From: Vicugna vicugna
Lineage: Eukaryota
Assembly: GCA_013265495.1 (NCBI GenBank)
Contig: MU057700.1
Location: 1-64,000 of the forward strand
Length of the DNA: 64,000 bases
Reading direction: 5' to 3'
The notes under the pieces are model-generated. The model saw nothing but the letters and a program-made list of their open reading frames with translations. It did not search any database and was not told the DNA's origin. How positions within the stretch are numbered: position 1 is the stretch's first letter; each line of letters begins with the position of its first letter. Shown in pieces: positions 23,769-38,047 of the stretch. Made by a program: the position numbers and the translations under genes.

Positions 23769-25542
23769 GCCATTAGTTCTTAAAATATTTTTTCTCCCTC
23801 ACCCTATCCCTGTCCTGGGACTCCATTTACCTGTGTGTTAGACCACATTCTATTGTCCCACAGATCACTAAAGCTCTGTTTTAGCCCTTGACTCCTTTCT
23901 TCTTAGTGCTTTATTTTAGGTAGTTTCTATTGCTGTCTTCAAGCTCACTGAACCTCTTTTCTGCAGTGTAATCTCATCCAATGTATTTTTCATCTCTGGA
24001 ATTCTACTGGATCTTTTTAATATCTTCCATCTCCCTCATTACAAACTTGAATATATTTTAAATGACTGATAACTGTTTTAAAGTCCTTTTCTGTCAGTTA
24101 TGAATCTGCTTCTATTGGTTGATTATTCTTGTGGTTTAGGTCACATTTTACAGCTTTCTTGTAAACCCAGTAATATCATATGGCATGCCAGCCATTGTGA
24201 TTATATTGTTGAATGCTGGGGTTTATTATTAATACTTTTTTTTAACTTGGCCTCTAAACAATCATTTATAGATCAGTTTAATCCTTTCAGCGTTTAAGCA
24301 TTTGTAGAGGTAATCTAGACAGTCCTTCCTCCACAGCTCTAGAAATCATCAAAAAGGCATGCTCTATTTGTGGTATCTACTGAATACTCGTGTATTCAGA
24401 GATCTCTCAGCTTTGGCTGGTGAGAACTGCAATGACTTTCCAGCTCTTTGCACACTATGGAAATGTTTCAGCTTAGAGCATCTCAGGAATTGTTTTTCCC
24501 TCAGCATGTGTTGTTTGCCCAGCTCCGTGGATCTTCACCGTCACACGCACAGCCAACTAGTTTTCTGCTTCTTCCATATACTTAACAGTTTTCTAGTTTC
24601 TGGCAGAAGTACAAGTCCATAGGATTTATTCCTTCAAAAGGATAAATTAATAGGACAAATTCCTATTAATAATTTTGTACCTAACATTTGTATACTTTAT
24701 TATTCTATGAGACTGATACTAAGTTAGTTGGAATATTTACAAAAACACAGACTGATTTTTTAATTGAAGAGTTTAGCAAAAAAAAAAAACCAGTCATACC
24801 TATTTATATATGCTGAGAGTTCAAAGATTTTTATACAGTAATTTAAATCTCAGAAATATTTTAAGTATACATTGTGTTTTTAAACTATAAAAATACTACT
24901 TACAGTCCAAACAAGATGGCATACACTCATTTCTAAGTACAATTATAAACTCCAGGAGGCAACCAAAGGAAAACTCTCAAAGGTAGTAAGGCGGCAAACT
25001 GGTTTTGGCCATAGGACTGACGGAACAGCAGGGCAGGGCGTCTTATATCCCCTTGTGCAACATTAGATAGTAATCCAGGCCCAGCGTTGCCAGCTTTCTG
25101 TTGCCAACCTAGCAACAGAAGCAAGTGCATGTAGGTTCATTCATTCCCCCAGATTGAACAGGACAGGGTAATTAACACCAGTTGGACATTCTCTGCCAAA
25201 AAACAGAAGAGGGACACTTTACAATGCATTCTGTGAGATTAATATGAGCCTGATATAGCGCAGAAAACGAAAACTACAGACCAGCACCTCTCATGAACTT
25301 ATACACAAAAATCTGTAACATGATAGCAGTGAGCCAAATCCAACGATGTATAAAAAGTATACACTGTAACCAAGAGGGACTTATTCCAAATTGTAAGGTT
25401 GGTTAAACATTACAAAACTAATAATGTAATACATCATATAAATAGGGTAATAAAGAAAAATCATATGATCATATCAAATGCAGAAAACCATTTAACAAAA
25501 TCCAACACCTGGGCAAATACCGAGCAAGTCAGGAATAGAAAG

Positions 25543-25703
25543 TGTACAGAAAAGTGTTAACATAGCCAGCCTGAGACTAATATCTTTAGGAAGGCCTGCT
25601 TGCAAGGCTGGCCTGGGGCTGGTAGCACCTGGATTTGCTGAGTCCTATTAGTCCTCCAAGCAAGTCACCAAACCTAGGGGAGGTCTTGGGGATGCCCAAA
25701 AGA
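25543..25703 (+). mobile_element. Internally deleted MER21-group-like LTR
   Basis: gttaacatagccagcctgaga...aaggcctgcttgcaagg start, homologous to the copy at 63786+, joined directly to an LTR-like end. Confidence 0.55.
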
Positions 25704-26139
25704 GAATGAAATTACCTCAACCTGATAAAGAGAATCCATTTTTTAGATATACAGCTAACAGCAAACTTAATGTGGAAGGACTGAATGCTTTTCCCCTAAG
25801 ATCAGGAACAAGCAAAGATGTCTACTCTCACCACTCTCAGTCAGCATAGTATTGGAAGTTCTAGCAACTACAATGAGCAAATAGGGGGAAAAGCCTACAG
25901 AGTAGAAAGGAAGGAATAAAATTATCTCTATTTGCAAATAACAGGATAGTCTACAAACAAAATCCAAAGGAATCTACCAAAAAAAAAAAAAAGGAGAGAG
26001 AGATAATTCCTATAAATAATGAGTTCAGCAAGATTAGAGTACAAGAAAAACAAAGAAAAATCGATCACATTTCTATAAATCAACAATAAACATTCAGAAA
26101 TCAAAACTTAAAAACACATACCATTTAGAATAGCTCTAA

Positions 26140-26275
26140 GGAGGGTATAGCTCAGTGGTAGAGTGCCTGCATAGCATGCATAAGGTCCTGGGTTCAATCC
26201 CCAGTAACTCCATTAAAAATAAATAAATAAACCCAATTACCCCCCTAAGATTTTTTTAATAAATAAATAAATTAT
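26140..26275 (+). mobile_element. Camelid-type tRNA-derived SINE
   Basis: gagggtatagctcagtggtagag A box, gggttcaatcccc B box, A-rich tail. Confidence 0.9.
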
Positions 26276-28454
26276 AATAACTCCCAAGAAAATTAAATAC
26301 CTAGGTATACACTTAATAAAACATGTACAGGATATGCATGCCAAAAATTATAAAACACTGATGAAAGAAATCAAAGACCTAAATAAATAAAGAGATGCAC
26401 CATGTTCATAGATTAGAAGACCCAATATATAATCTGATCTTCAGATTTAATACAATTCCTATCAAAATCGCAGTAAAATTTTTTTGTACACATAGACAGG
26501 CTTATTATAAAATTAACATGGAAAAAACAGATACTTAGAATAGCTAAAACAATCTTGATAAAGACTGAAGGGGGAAAAATCAGTAATTTTGTCTATATGT
26601 GTGTATACACATGCACCAGTAGTTTAGACAATATGGTTTGGTGATGAAATAGACCCAGATCAACAGAACAGAACAGAGAATCCAAACACCCACACATATA
26701 TGTTAACTGATTTTTGGCAAAGGTGCAAAATTAACTCAATGGAGAAGGAATAGCCTTTCAACAAAAGGTACTAGGACAATTTTATATCTACAGGCCAAAA
26801 AGATGAACCAAAACCTCACGCTCCTATACAAAAATTAACTCAAAAAATACTGTGGACTTACAAGTAAAAAGTAAAACTATAAGACTGTTAAGAAGTAGGA
26901 AAAAATCTTCACAGTCAAAGGCTTGGCAAAAAAACTCTCAGACCTGACATCAAAAGCATAATCCATAAAAGGACAAATTAATAAATCAGACTCCATAAAA
27001 ATTAAGAATGTTCACTCTGTGAAAAGCCATGTAAACAGAATGAAAAGACAAGCTACAGACTAAGAAGCACCATTTGCAGACACATGTCTGACAAAGGACT
27101 AGAATCTAGAAAATATAAAGAACTCCCAAAATTCAGTAGTAAGAAAACAATCCAACTTAAAAATGGGCAAAAGACAGGAATAGACATTTCTCTGAAGACG
27201 ATACATAGATGGCAAATAAGCACATGGAAAGATGTTCAACATTAGCCTCAGGGAGGTGCAGGTTAAATCCACAGTGACCTACACTGCACACCTATCAGAA
27301 TGGCCAAAGTAAAAACTTTTTAAAATAGTGACAAACCAAATGCTGGTGAGGATGTAGAGAAAGTGGATCGCTCATACACTACAGGCGGGAACATAATACA
27401 GGCACTCTAGACAGAAAGTTTGTCAGATTCATTAAAAACTAAATGTGCAACTACCATACCATGTAGCAACTGTCCTCTTTGGCATTTACCTCAAAGAAGT
27501 AAAAAGTTCCATTCATTAAAAAAAAAAACTCTCTACACAAACATTCATAGTAGTTTTATTCATTATAGTCCAAAACTGGAAACAGCCCAGGTGAGTGGGT
27601 AGACTAACTTTGGTACATCCACACCTTGGAATAGCAATAAAAAATAAATAAAAAATAATAAACTATTGATATACACAAAACTGTGGATGAATGAGTCTTC
27701 AGGGAATTATACTGTGAAAAAAGTCAATTACAAGAGGTTACCTATTGTATAATTACATTCATATAACATTTTAATGACAAAATTTTAGAAATGGAGAACA
27801 TATCAGTTGGCAGAAATAAGAATAAGGGAGATACTGTAGGGCAGTGGATGTGGTTATAACAGAGCACACACAGAATCCTTGTGGTGAGGGAACTTTTCCA
27901 CATCCTGACTGTGGCGGTGGAGACCACAGTCAGTGGTGGATACATGAACCTGCCCATGAGATAAAATTGCACAGAGCTAAGTATATACACACATAAAAGA
28001 GTATAAATAAAATTGAGAAACTGAACTGATCAGTGGATTCTATCAATAATGTCATTATCCTGGCTGGTATGTGTACTATAGTTTTGTAAGATGTTACCAC
28101 TGGAGGAAACTGGGTACACAGGGTCTCTCTGTATTACTTCTTACAACTGCATCTTACAACTTACAATTATTTCAATAAAAACTTCAATTAAAACCAAAAA
28201 AATCACATAGGTATTAAGCATGGGACACCTTATGTATTTCATATTAAAATTATGAAATAAAAATTTTATGTTATTAAGCAAATATATACTTCCTACTATA
28301 ATGTTGGTTTCCAATAAACAAATCATGCAATGTTTCTCTTATATAGCATACTTACACATATTCTGCAAAAGAAAAGTCCTCTTCTTTTTTTTTTAACTTT
28401 TTAAACTCTTTCGGACCTTGTAACATCTTCAAAATACTAATAAAGTTATCAAGT

Positions 28455-29592
<1,138 letters not shown>

Positions 29593-31084
29593 TCATGTCT
29601 TATTCTAGCCCAGTCTTTTGCTGTGAAAATAATCCTGAGGGCATACTGCCTTGCTCCTCTAGGTTTGAAAAATAAATAACTTGCAGTGCTGGAAAACGGG
29701 GAATCTGGCAACAAAACATGGTAACTTGGCACTTCAGAAATGTTTATTGTGGTCACCATTTTGCAATACATCCCAATATAAAACCTTATGTTGTACACCT
29801 GACACTCAAATGTTATATGTCAATTAACACCTCATTTTTTTTAAATGTGACGTTCAAAAGTAGACAGAGCAGAGAACTTGAAATAAGCACAACACATAAA
29901 TTTTTAAATGTTTGAATGACTGTTTAATCTTGGGATGGGGAACCTCACAGGGAACAGAATCAGCCCAACAACTCAACAAATAGTGAGTAGAACCACAAGG
30001 AAAATTAATAGACAATGATGGTGAGAGGAGATATGAAGGAGCAATTAGATCTGGAAAATTCACCTGAAGCAAGAGCCTCACTAACATACAAGCCTACAAC
30101 CTCATCCCTCTCTCTTCTATTCCACATAACACCACCAAATTAAATTCCAGAAAGCACTCACTTCCATCACAGATAAAAGGAAAACTCTATTACCTAGACT
30201 ACATTTGCATTCTTAATGGGATTCACAATGAATAGTAGTGTCAAAATGAAGTACATATACAGGCTATTCTAATAACAGGATCAGATGCACATCTTTATTC
30301 CTCTAGCATATAATCATCTAAAACTTACAGAACTTCACTTATACAATCAATTATCCATCGTCATTAGAGTCCTGAGTGCTTTTACCCATCTCTTTACACT
30401 CAACTGATTTGTCTAATAATTGTGCAATTCTTCTTATGTCGATTTTCTGCTCTTTGCAATTAATGGCAGAAAATAAAAATTCTGAATCTCAATCGTAGTC
30501 AATAAAAGCTAAAAGAAGGAAAAGAAAAAAAGAAAGAAAAGGAAGAAAGAGAGAGAAAGAAAGAGAACAAATGAGGTGTCTCCACACTCCTTGTCCTTGT
30601 GATGAAGGTATGAAAGAAGTGCACAACTGATGCAGTATTCCAAGGAAGTCAATAATAAAACTGAAGGATGATATAAATGGTGAAGATTTACTTCACTTGC
30701 ATTGTCCTTCTAAGAAATTCTATCATCCTTCTATTTTCTTATATGTTAGTGTATTTTAGCGCTGTTGGATATAAGTGATGAGTAGTATTGGAATAATTGC
30801 TAGGGTGATAAAGTAGCAAAACATTTCAAAATATATTAAAATAAGATCACAACAGTCTCATGTTTCTTAAATTTATAAACAAGACCAAATCACCCACTGC
30901 AAGGTAAAATGAGTTTTACTCAATTTAAAAATGTAAATAAATATTCTCTTTGTTCATCCAAGGGAAATTGTTATTTTAATTTTTAATTATAAGAAATTAT
31001 GACAAGGTAACCACAAATCAAAAGCAAACAAGAGTCACAAAAACCAAAAAGAAACCAAGCTAATACAAAAGAAAATTATCAAAC

Positions 31085-31465
31085 CAGAGAAATACCATAT
31101 GATATCAGTTATATGTGGAATCTGAAAAAAAAAAAAGACAAATGAATTTACTTACAAAACAGAAACAGACTCAGACATAGAAAATAAACTTATGGTTAAC
31201 AGGTGGGGGAAGGAGGTGGGAAGGGATAAATTGGGAGTTTGAGATTTGCAGATATTAACTAATATATATAAAATAGATAGATAATAAGTTCATACAGTAT
31301 ACCACAGGGAACTATATTCAATACCTTGCAGTAATCTGTGGTGAAAATGAATATGAAAACGAATATATGTATGTTCATGTATGACTGAAGCATTGTGCTG
31401 TACACCACAAATTGACACAAAATTGTAAACTGACTCTACTGCAATAAAAATATATATTAAAAAAA
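31085..31465 (+). mobile_element. Younger L1 3' end
   Basis: gggaagggataaattgggagtttgagatttgcaga; AATAAA and A tail. Confidence 0.85.
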
Positions 31466-32101
31466 GAAATTATGAAAGTCACAAAACATCAACTCTTGGA
31501 ATTATTAGAACTGCTTCAAAAAGAAATTCAAAAACTAAAGTTGGGTACACTACAACCCTGATGGTATAACTGACACTTAGTATTTTATTTAGTCTAATAT
31601 TTGAAGTATATCATTATTCCTTTTCATATTCCAATAATGGAATATAGTTCATTCTTTTTATATTTCATATGTACTTTTCAAACACTGTATACCTATATTT
31701 GGAAAAATCCATATTGACAATATCTGTTTAACAAGAAGGTTTAGTCCTGTTGAATGTATTGTAATTACTAAAATATCTAGGTTGGTTTCCTCCACTGCAC
31801 TTACAGTTTCCACTTTTTCTAAGTTTTATTTGCTTTTCCCCTCTCTTTCATTGTCCTTTTTTGATCTGATCCAAGATATTTTTTTTCTTTTCCATTTTAT
31901 TCTCTTCAAAAGTTTAGAAGTTACACATTACTTTTGACATTTACTCATTAAATTTGACCTTCACATTTAACTGAACAACACTTACTCTAAACAATACAAG
32001 GATATTAGAACATGAGTCTAATCAATTGGTTAAATAATTTATATGCTATCATTTTTCAATATTTTATTTTTTTATACCCAACAGAATAAACATTACTACT
32101 A

Positions 32102-32579
32102 CAGATCTTCCTCAACTTACAGTAGGTTATGTCCCCCAAAATTCATTGTAAGTTGAAAATATCACAAGCTGAAAATGTATATAATACACCCAACCTACTG
32201 AACATCATAGCCTAGCCTCACCTACCTTAAACGTACTCAGAACACTTACGTTAGCCTCCAGTTGGGCAAAATCATCTACTGCAAAGCCTATTTTATAATA
32301 AAGTGTTGAATATCTCATGTCATTTATTGAATACTGTACTGAAGTGAAAAGCAGAACAGCTGTCTGGGCCCAGAATGGCTGCCCACCCCAGTGGACATGC
32401 GGCTGACTGGGGGCTGCAGCTGCCCCTGCCCAGCAGCACCAGAGAGGATCCTACACCAGATCTCTGGCCCAGGGAAAACAGCAAAATTCAAAGTATGGTT
32501 TCTAGTGAATGTATATCACCTTCACACCAATTAAGCTGAAAAATCATGAGTTGAATCATTATAAGTTGGGGATCATCTG
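32102..32579. mobile_element. Tigger/MER47-like non-autonomous DNA transposon
   Basis: Terminal inverted repeats cagatcttcctcaactta / taagttggggatcatctg flanked by TA. Confidence 0.8.
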
Positions 32580-32994
32580 TAAATATTGTTTAAAACAAAC
32601 AATATTTGTTTAAAGTACCCACATCTTCATGTATTTCCTTCAAAATTGCTTCTCCTCAAGTTCCCCCAACTGAGTTACAGGTATTACCAAGTATCCAGTG
32701 CCTCTGGGAAAAAATTTTTGAGTTTTTCCCTTGATTATTCACTTTCTCCTGTATCTATAATCCAATCTAACAGCAAATCCTGTCTTGGCTACAACTTCAA
32801 AATGTATCAAGAATCCAACCTTGCCACTTTACTTTTACTATTTCCAAGCCAGTACAACGCACCACAATCTCTCACATGGAGAACTTCTAACTGCCCTCCT
32901 GACTTTATTCTTCCCTCCACCCACCCTTCTGTCAGCATTTCTACTGTACAGCAACCAGAGATATACCTGAATCCGATTAGAACATGTGCTCCTT

Positions 32995-33087
32995 GAGGGG
33001 TGGGAATAGCTCAGTAGTAGAGGGCACACTTAGCATGTACGAGGTCCTGGATTCAATCCCCAGTACCTCCATTTAAAAAAAAAAAAA
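32995..33087 (+). mobile_element. tRNA SINE with perfect 16-bp TSD
   Basis: agaacatgtgctcctt at 32979-32994 and 33088-33103; pure poly(A). Confidence 0.95.
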
Positions 33088-33152
33088 AGAACATGTGCTC
33101 CTTCGCTCAAACCCTTCCAATAATTCTGTTTCAATTAGAATTAAGGAGTTTT

Positions 33153-33263
33153 CGGGAAGGAAAACAGCTCAGTGTTAGAGTGCGTGCTTAGCATGCACAA
33201 GGTCCTGTCTTCAATCCCCAGTACCTCCGTTTAAAAATTAATTAAAAAAAAAAAAACCCTTAC
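33153..33263 (+). mobile_element. Second tRNA SINE
   Basis: A/B boxes; TSD tagaattaaggag on both sides. Confidence 0.9.
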
Positions 33264-33967
33264 TAGAATTAAGGAGCTTTAAACAGCCAGTAAGACCACA
33301 CAACCTGGCCCCAACTACTTCTCTGATACCATCTCTAATACACTCGCCGTTACTCACTGACCTCTGTCCAGCCTGGCACACATACTCCTGGCCTTAGGTT
33401 CACGGCATCTGGCTGGAATATTCAAAATCTACTGCCTCACTCCATTCACATCTGTGTTAATTATAATGTTGACCTCAAAGAGGCTCTTTCCTGACACACT
33501 TTCATAAACAGCATTCTCTTTTGCCACTAAAATGCAGTCATCATATTGTTAGAAGTTGTATCCTCAGCACACAAGACAAACCTGTTAAATTAATACTTAT
33601 TGAATGAATGTTAAATTAATGTTAAATTAATGTTAGATGTTAAATTAATACTTATTGAATGAATACATAATATATGATTAAAAGAAGACAACTGAAATTG
33701 ATGTGGAAAGAATAATCAAATATTTAAACAGAGAGGCAAGAATTGGATTTTTGGAAGAAAACCCAAGAAGAAACCATTTAGCTGTTATCCGCCAGTGTGA
33801 TTATGCATCTGAAGCATAAAGGCCAGTTATTCACTCGATCACTTACAAAGTTCTACTAACTCTACAAAAAAATTCCTGAAAAATCTCAAAGATGCCAACA
33901 TCTGAACTAACTCTCTGGGATCCAGTTCCTCCCCAGGTTACAGTAACCTCTGCGCTCACTAACTCCC

Positions 33968-34063
33968 CTGGGCGGCTCTGGCTTTGGGACTCTTCCTCTA
34001 ATACCCATGGCTCTTCTCTTTGCTCCAATTTGAAAATCACCTCCGGTTTGGTAACACAATACC
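33968..34063 (-). pseudogene. ZNF487: KRAB-B exon (96 nt): GYCVTKPEVIFKLEQREEPWVLEEESQSQSRP; donor reads GG
   Basis: tttacag acceptor; followed by gggagt instead of gtgagt. Confidence 0.93.
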
Positions 34064-34340
34064 CTGTAAATGGGAAATTGCATAGGACTTGGAACAGGTG
34101 GTCTGAAGTTCAGGACCCTTAAAGGAGAACAAAGCTACGCCTGCACGAAGGCAGGTCCACTTGAACATTTCACTGGGGAAGAGGAAACAGTGTTCTCTGT
34201 AGTCCCTGAAAGGGATCCATCACCTCTGACCCCTGAATTTCAAATCTATAAATCATTAATCTCTACAAAGAAACCACCTATATCAGCAGCTAAAAAGGAA
34301 GCACATGTTACTTGAAGTTACAAATTATGCAATTCCTTAC

Positions 34341-34466
34341 CCACGAGAGGAGGTAGCTATAGTTCTCCAGCATCACGTCCCTGTACAGGGCCCTCTAAGC
34401 AGGGTCCAGGTACTGCCACTTCTCCTGGGTGAAGCCCACAGTCACATACTCGAATGACACTAGCCT
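34341..34466 (-). pseudogene. ZNF487: KRAB-A exon: [40 protein letters not shown]
   Basis: tttcag acceptor, gtaagg donor; TAG at 34395-34397; 126 nt instead of the usual 127 (1-nt loss). Confidence 0.95.
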
Positions 34467-35317
34467 CTGAAACAGCACATCTGTGTTCAATCCAGAGTGA
34501 CCAGAACTGGATAACATGCAGTGTGTTGGGGATCTAACATCCTGCCATGTTCACAGTTAACAGTTGAAGGGAAAATGCAACATAGGATCCCTTCTGTCAC
34601 TATTATATGTTGTGGGAAAATGAGGAATCCTGGTATAAGGACCTGCCAGTGTATTAATTTCTTAATCCACACAAAAAGTGTATGAGGTGCTGCCAGTGTG
34701 CCGGGAACTCTTCCAATTTCTGGGACTATGAAGATCAATAAAAGAACAATCTTTAATCTTGCTCTCAAGGAGTTTATAATCATATCAGAAAACATATTTA
34801 AACATAAATATCTGCAAAAAAATTGTATAGAAGCGATGCTAAAAGTCTCTGAAACATAAATGGGTAGTTGCAAAGGGGGGAGAAAAGTTTAAGTTCTATT
34901 TTGTATTATCAGGTTGAGCTTTACTGAGGGGTAAACCACTAAGTCTTGACACAAAATCATGTGTTCTTTATAAATCTGGGCGAACTACATAAAAAAGGCA
35001 TGGAAGCATTAAAAAAAACTTGATAATTATTGGAACTACATGATAGGAGAAAAGGGTTTGAGATGCATTAAGATAAAAGCTCAAAGACATAATCAAGAGC
35101 AAGATTATAATTGAGGACATAATCCTACAGCCTAAGGGTTCCAAATATTTGATCATTTACCCACTAACTAAAATTGGAGCACTCACCTAGCATAGCTATT
35201 TATGTATTTCTATATACATGAAATTTCATTCTTATTTTTCAAACTCAAATATCTGTATATAGATACGCTGATAATTCCTTCCCATATTCCAATAGCTTCT
35301 CTTGGGCGCCCCTGGAA

Positions 35318-35957
35318 GAGTGTTCTCAAAGTGTGGTCTATAGGTCAATGTGACCATCAGCTGGGAACCTGTCAGAAATGCAGAATCCTCAGGCCCCATT
35401 CCACACCTAACATCACAGCCAGTTTCCAAGGTGGTCACCAACGATTCTCATCTCTCAGCATTCATGACTGCATGCAGTCCTCTCCTACACTAAACAGGGC
35501 TGACCTCTGTGACTAACAGGATGTTGGAGAAATAGCAGAGTATGACTACTGAGGCCAGGTCACAGAAGAACACTGTTCCTTCCACTCTGCCCCTTCATGG
35601 ATCACTTTCTCCAGGAAAAACCACCTGCTATGTCACTAGGACACTCCAGCAGCCCCATGGAGAAGTCCACCCGGGGAGGAAATGAGGCCTCCAAACATCA
35701 ATACTAATTTTCCAGCCATGTGAGTGAGCCATCACGGAAGCAAATCCTCCAGCCCCAGTTAAACTTCGGATGGCTACAGCCTCATGAGGCCCTTGCATGA
35801 GATAGTAAGTGTTTCTTGCTGTCTTAAGCAGCTTGGGGTACGTTCTAGTGCAGCATTAGGTAACTAATACAGATATTCTGGAACCAGGACTTATCGAACT
35901 GTGTTTTAAGAAGCCCTCCAGGTATGAGACACTGCAGCTTAAAAGCCAGTGATCTAG
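35318..35957. mobile_element. MER5-like hAT element split by an MLT1 (MaLR) LTR (~35415-35871)
   Basis: agtgttctcaaagtgtgg...agaaatgcagaatcctcaggcccc on the left and ttttaagaagccctccaggt on the right; MLT1-like end gtaactaataca. Confidence 0.6.
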
Positions 35958-38047
35958 GGGAGTCAGAAATAAGGACACTAAAGGAATGTGAGGACTCTGG
36001 CACCTACAGCTACAACCAACATTAAATATAGCCTAACTCCTAGCCAGAATAACATAAATCCTCATACTAAAAACTTATTTATCTCAGTTCTATTACCAGA
36101 TACATGTCCAGCCAATAACAAACAAGTGCAAGACATACCAAAAGGCAAGAAAAACAGACTCAGAAAAGATAAAGAAATCATCAGAACAGACTCAGATACA
36201 ACACAAATGTTGGAATTATCAGACAAGGAGTTTAAACTAACTCTAATGTGTTGATGAAAACATTAGACAACATTCAAGTACAAATGAGTAATATAAGTAG
36301 AGAAATAGAAATTCTAGGAAAAAATCAAAAGTAAGTGCTAGAAGTCAAAATGTACAAGTCACACACGAGCCAAGGAAAGAACCAGTGAACTTGAAAACAG
36401 GTCAACAAGAGCTTCACAAACTGAAATGTGAAGAGAAAAAGAAAGAAAAAAACAGAACATCCAAAAACTGTGGGACAACCTCAAGAAAGTATAATATATG
36501 CATAACTCGAATACCAAAAGAAGAAGGAACAGAGCCAAAGAAATATCTGAAGTACATAACCAAAAACAGTCTAAAACTAATGACAAATCCAGGAAGCTCA
36601 GAGACTATCAAGCTGGATAAATACCCACAAAAACCACATCTAGTCATATCACATCAAACTGCAGAAACCCCAAAAACAAAAGATCTTGAAAGAAGCGAAG
36701 AAGGCGGGGTGGGAGCGGGGTAGTTGATGATGTGTGAAACTTACCTTCAAAGGAACAAGGATAAGAATTACAACAGAAGTCTCAGAATCCATTCAAGCAA
36801 GAAGACAGTGGAGTGCAATATCCAAAGTGATAAAAGAAGAAAACCACCAACCCAGAATTAATGAAAAAGACACACTGAGTCATACGTTTATATAATTCTG
36901 AATGACAAGGGTAAACTCTTACAAGCTTCCTGATGAAAGAACAGCTGACTCATAAAGTAAAAAGAAGTACCCTAGTTTTGGATTTCCCCTCTGCAGTGGC
37001 AAAAGCAAAAAGACCGTGGGATTACAAGAGAAGAATTTCAATGCAGGAATATTATACATTTTAAAAAAACTGTCTTTCATATGAAAGGCCCCCAAATCAG
37101 ACGTGTTCAAATGAGCAGGTCCTCAGGCAATAAATCACCATGTAATCTCTGCAGAGAAAACACTAAGGAGGTGCTAACAAGCTGCCAAACAAGTCTCAAG
37201 CAAGGGGAAGGCGAAAAGGACAGGAAAGAGTGAGAAACAACAGATCTTGTTATTGACGTATGTTTACAACTAGATGGATGATATTAACATGATTTGAAAT
37301 GTATAACATAATGTTCGAGAAGACTTCCTGAAAGAGAAAAGACTTTCCGTAAGAGAAGAGCCAGTAATATACTGACAAGTTCACACAATGGAGTCTGGGT
37401 GTGGAGTGGGGTAGACAGGCAACTTCAAACTTACTAAGGTCATCCAAGAGGGGCCGGGGAAGAGGAGCAGCAGACGAGCAGCGAAGTCATCCTGATATGT
37501 TAGGAGACGTAAGTTCAGTTGTAATACTTAGGTGTGGGTTGGCAGCTCTGAGAATTGAATATCACAAAACTACCAAATTAACAGAGAAGAAAGATGAAAT
37601 AATGAAAAATATGAATATGCCAGAAAAGGTAAAGATTCTGAAAAAGTATAATTAGTAGTATAAGTTATGATATAGGTTCATTCCCGGGTTTTGGCACCAA
37701 AAAAAAATAATAAAAAATAAGAAAATTAATTATGATACATATTGTATTATGTGTACTCAAAAACAGTATTTAGGAAACTAAGACAGATATATAAAACCAA
37801 ATATATGAATTACCACAGACACTGTGAATGGATATATTTCTTATCCAATACAGAATGTCATTTTTGTCTAAAAAAACAAGATGTTGCCATTTGTTGTTTA
37901 CCAAAAATAAATCTAAAACAAAGCTATAAAGAATGTTTATAAAAGAAGGAATGGAATGCACAAAGTATTACAAAAAATGCAAATAAAAGGGAAGCAAGCA
38001 TGGTCTTATTTATATCAGATTAACAAGAATTTGTAGCCTTAAACTTT

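Larger units (their letters stand above)
24900..28200 (+). mobile_element. Degenerate L1 (ORF2 to 3' UTR) with nested LTR fragment and SINE
   Basis: aatgcttttcccctaagatcaggaacaag...tctactctcaccact, aaatgctggtgaggatgtagagaaa and similar L1 text. Confidence 0.85.

Noticed and set aside
33583..33665. Short AT-rich direct repeats resembling an array
   Set aside because: Simple slippage at a repeat tail; no spacer structure, and CRISPR is not applicable to mammalian DNA.
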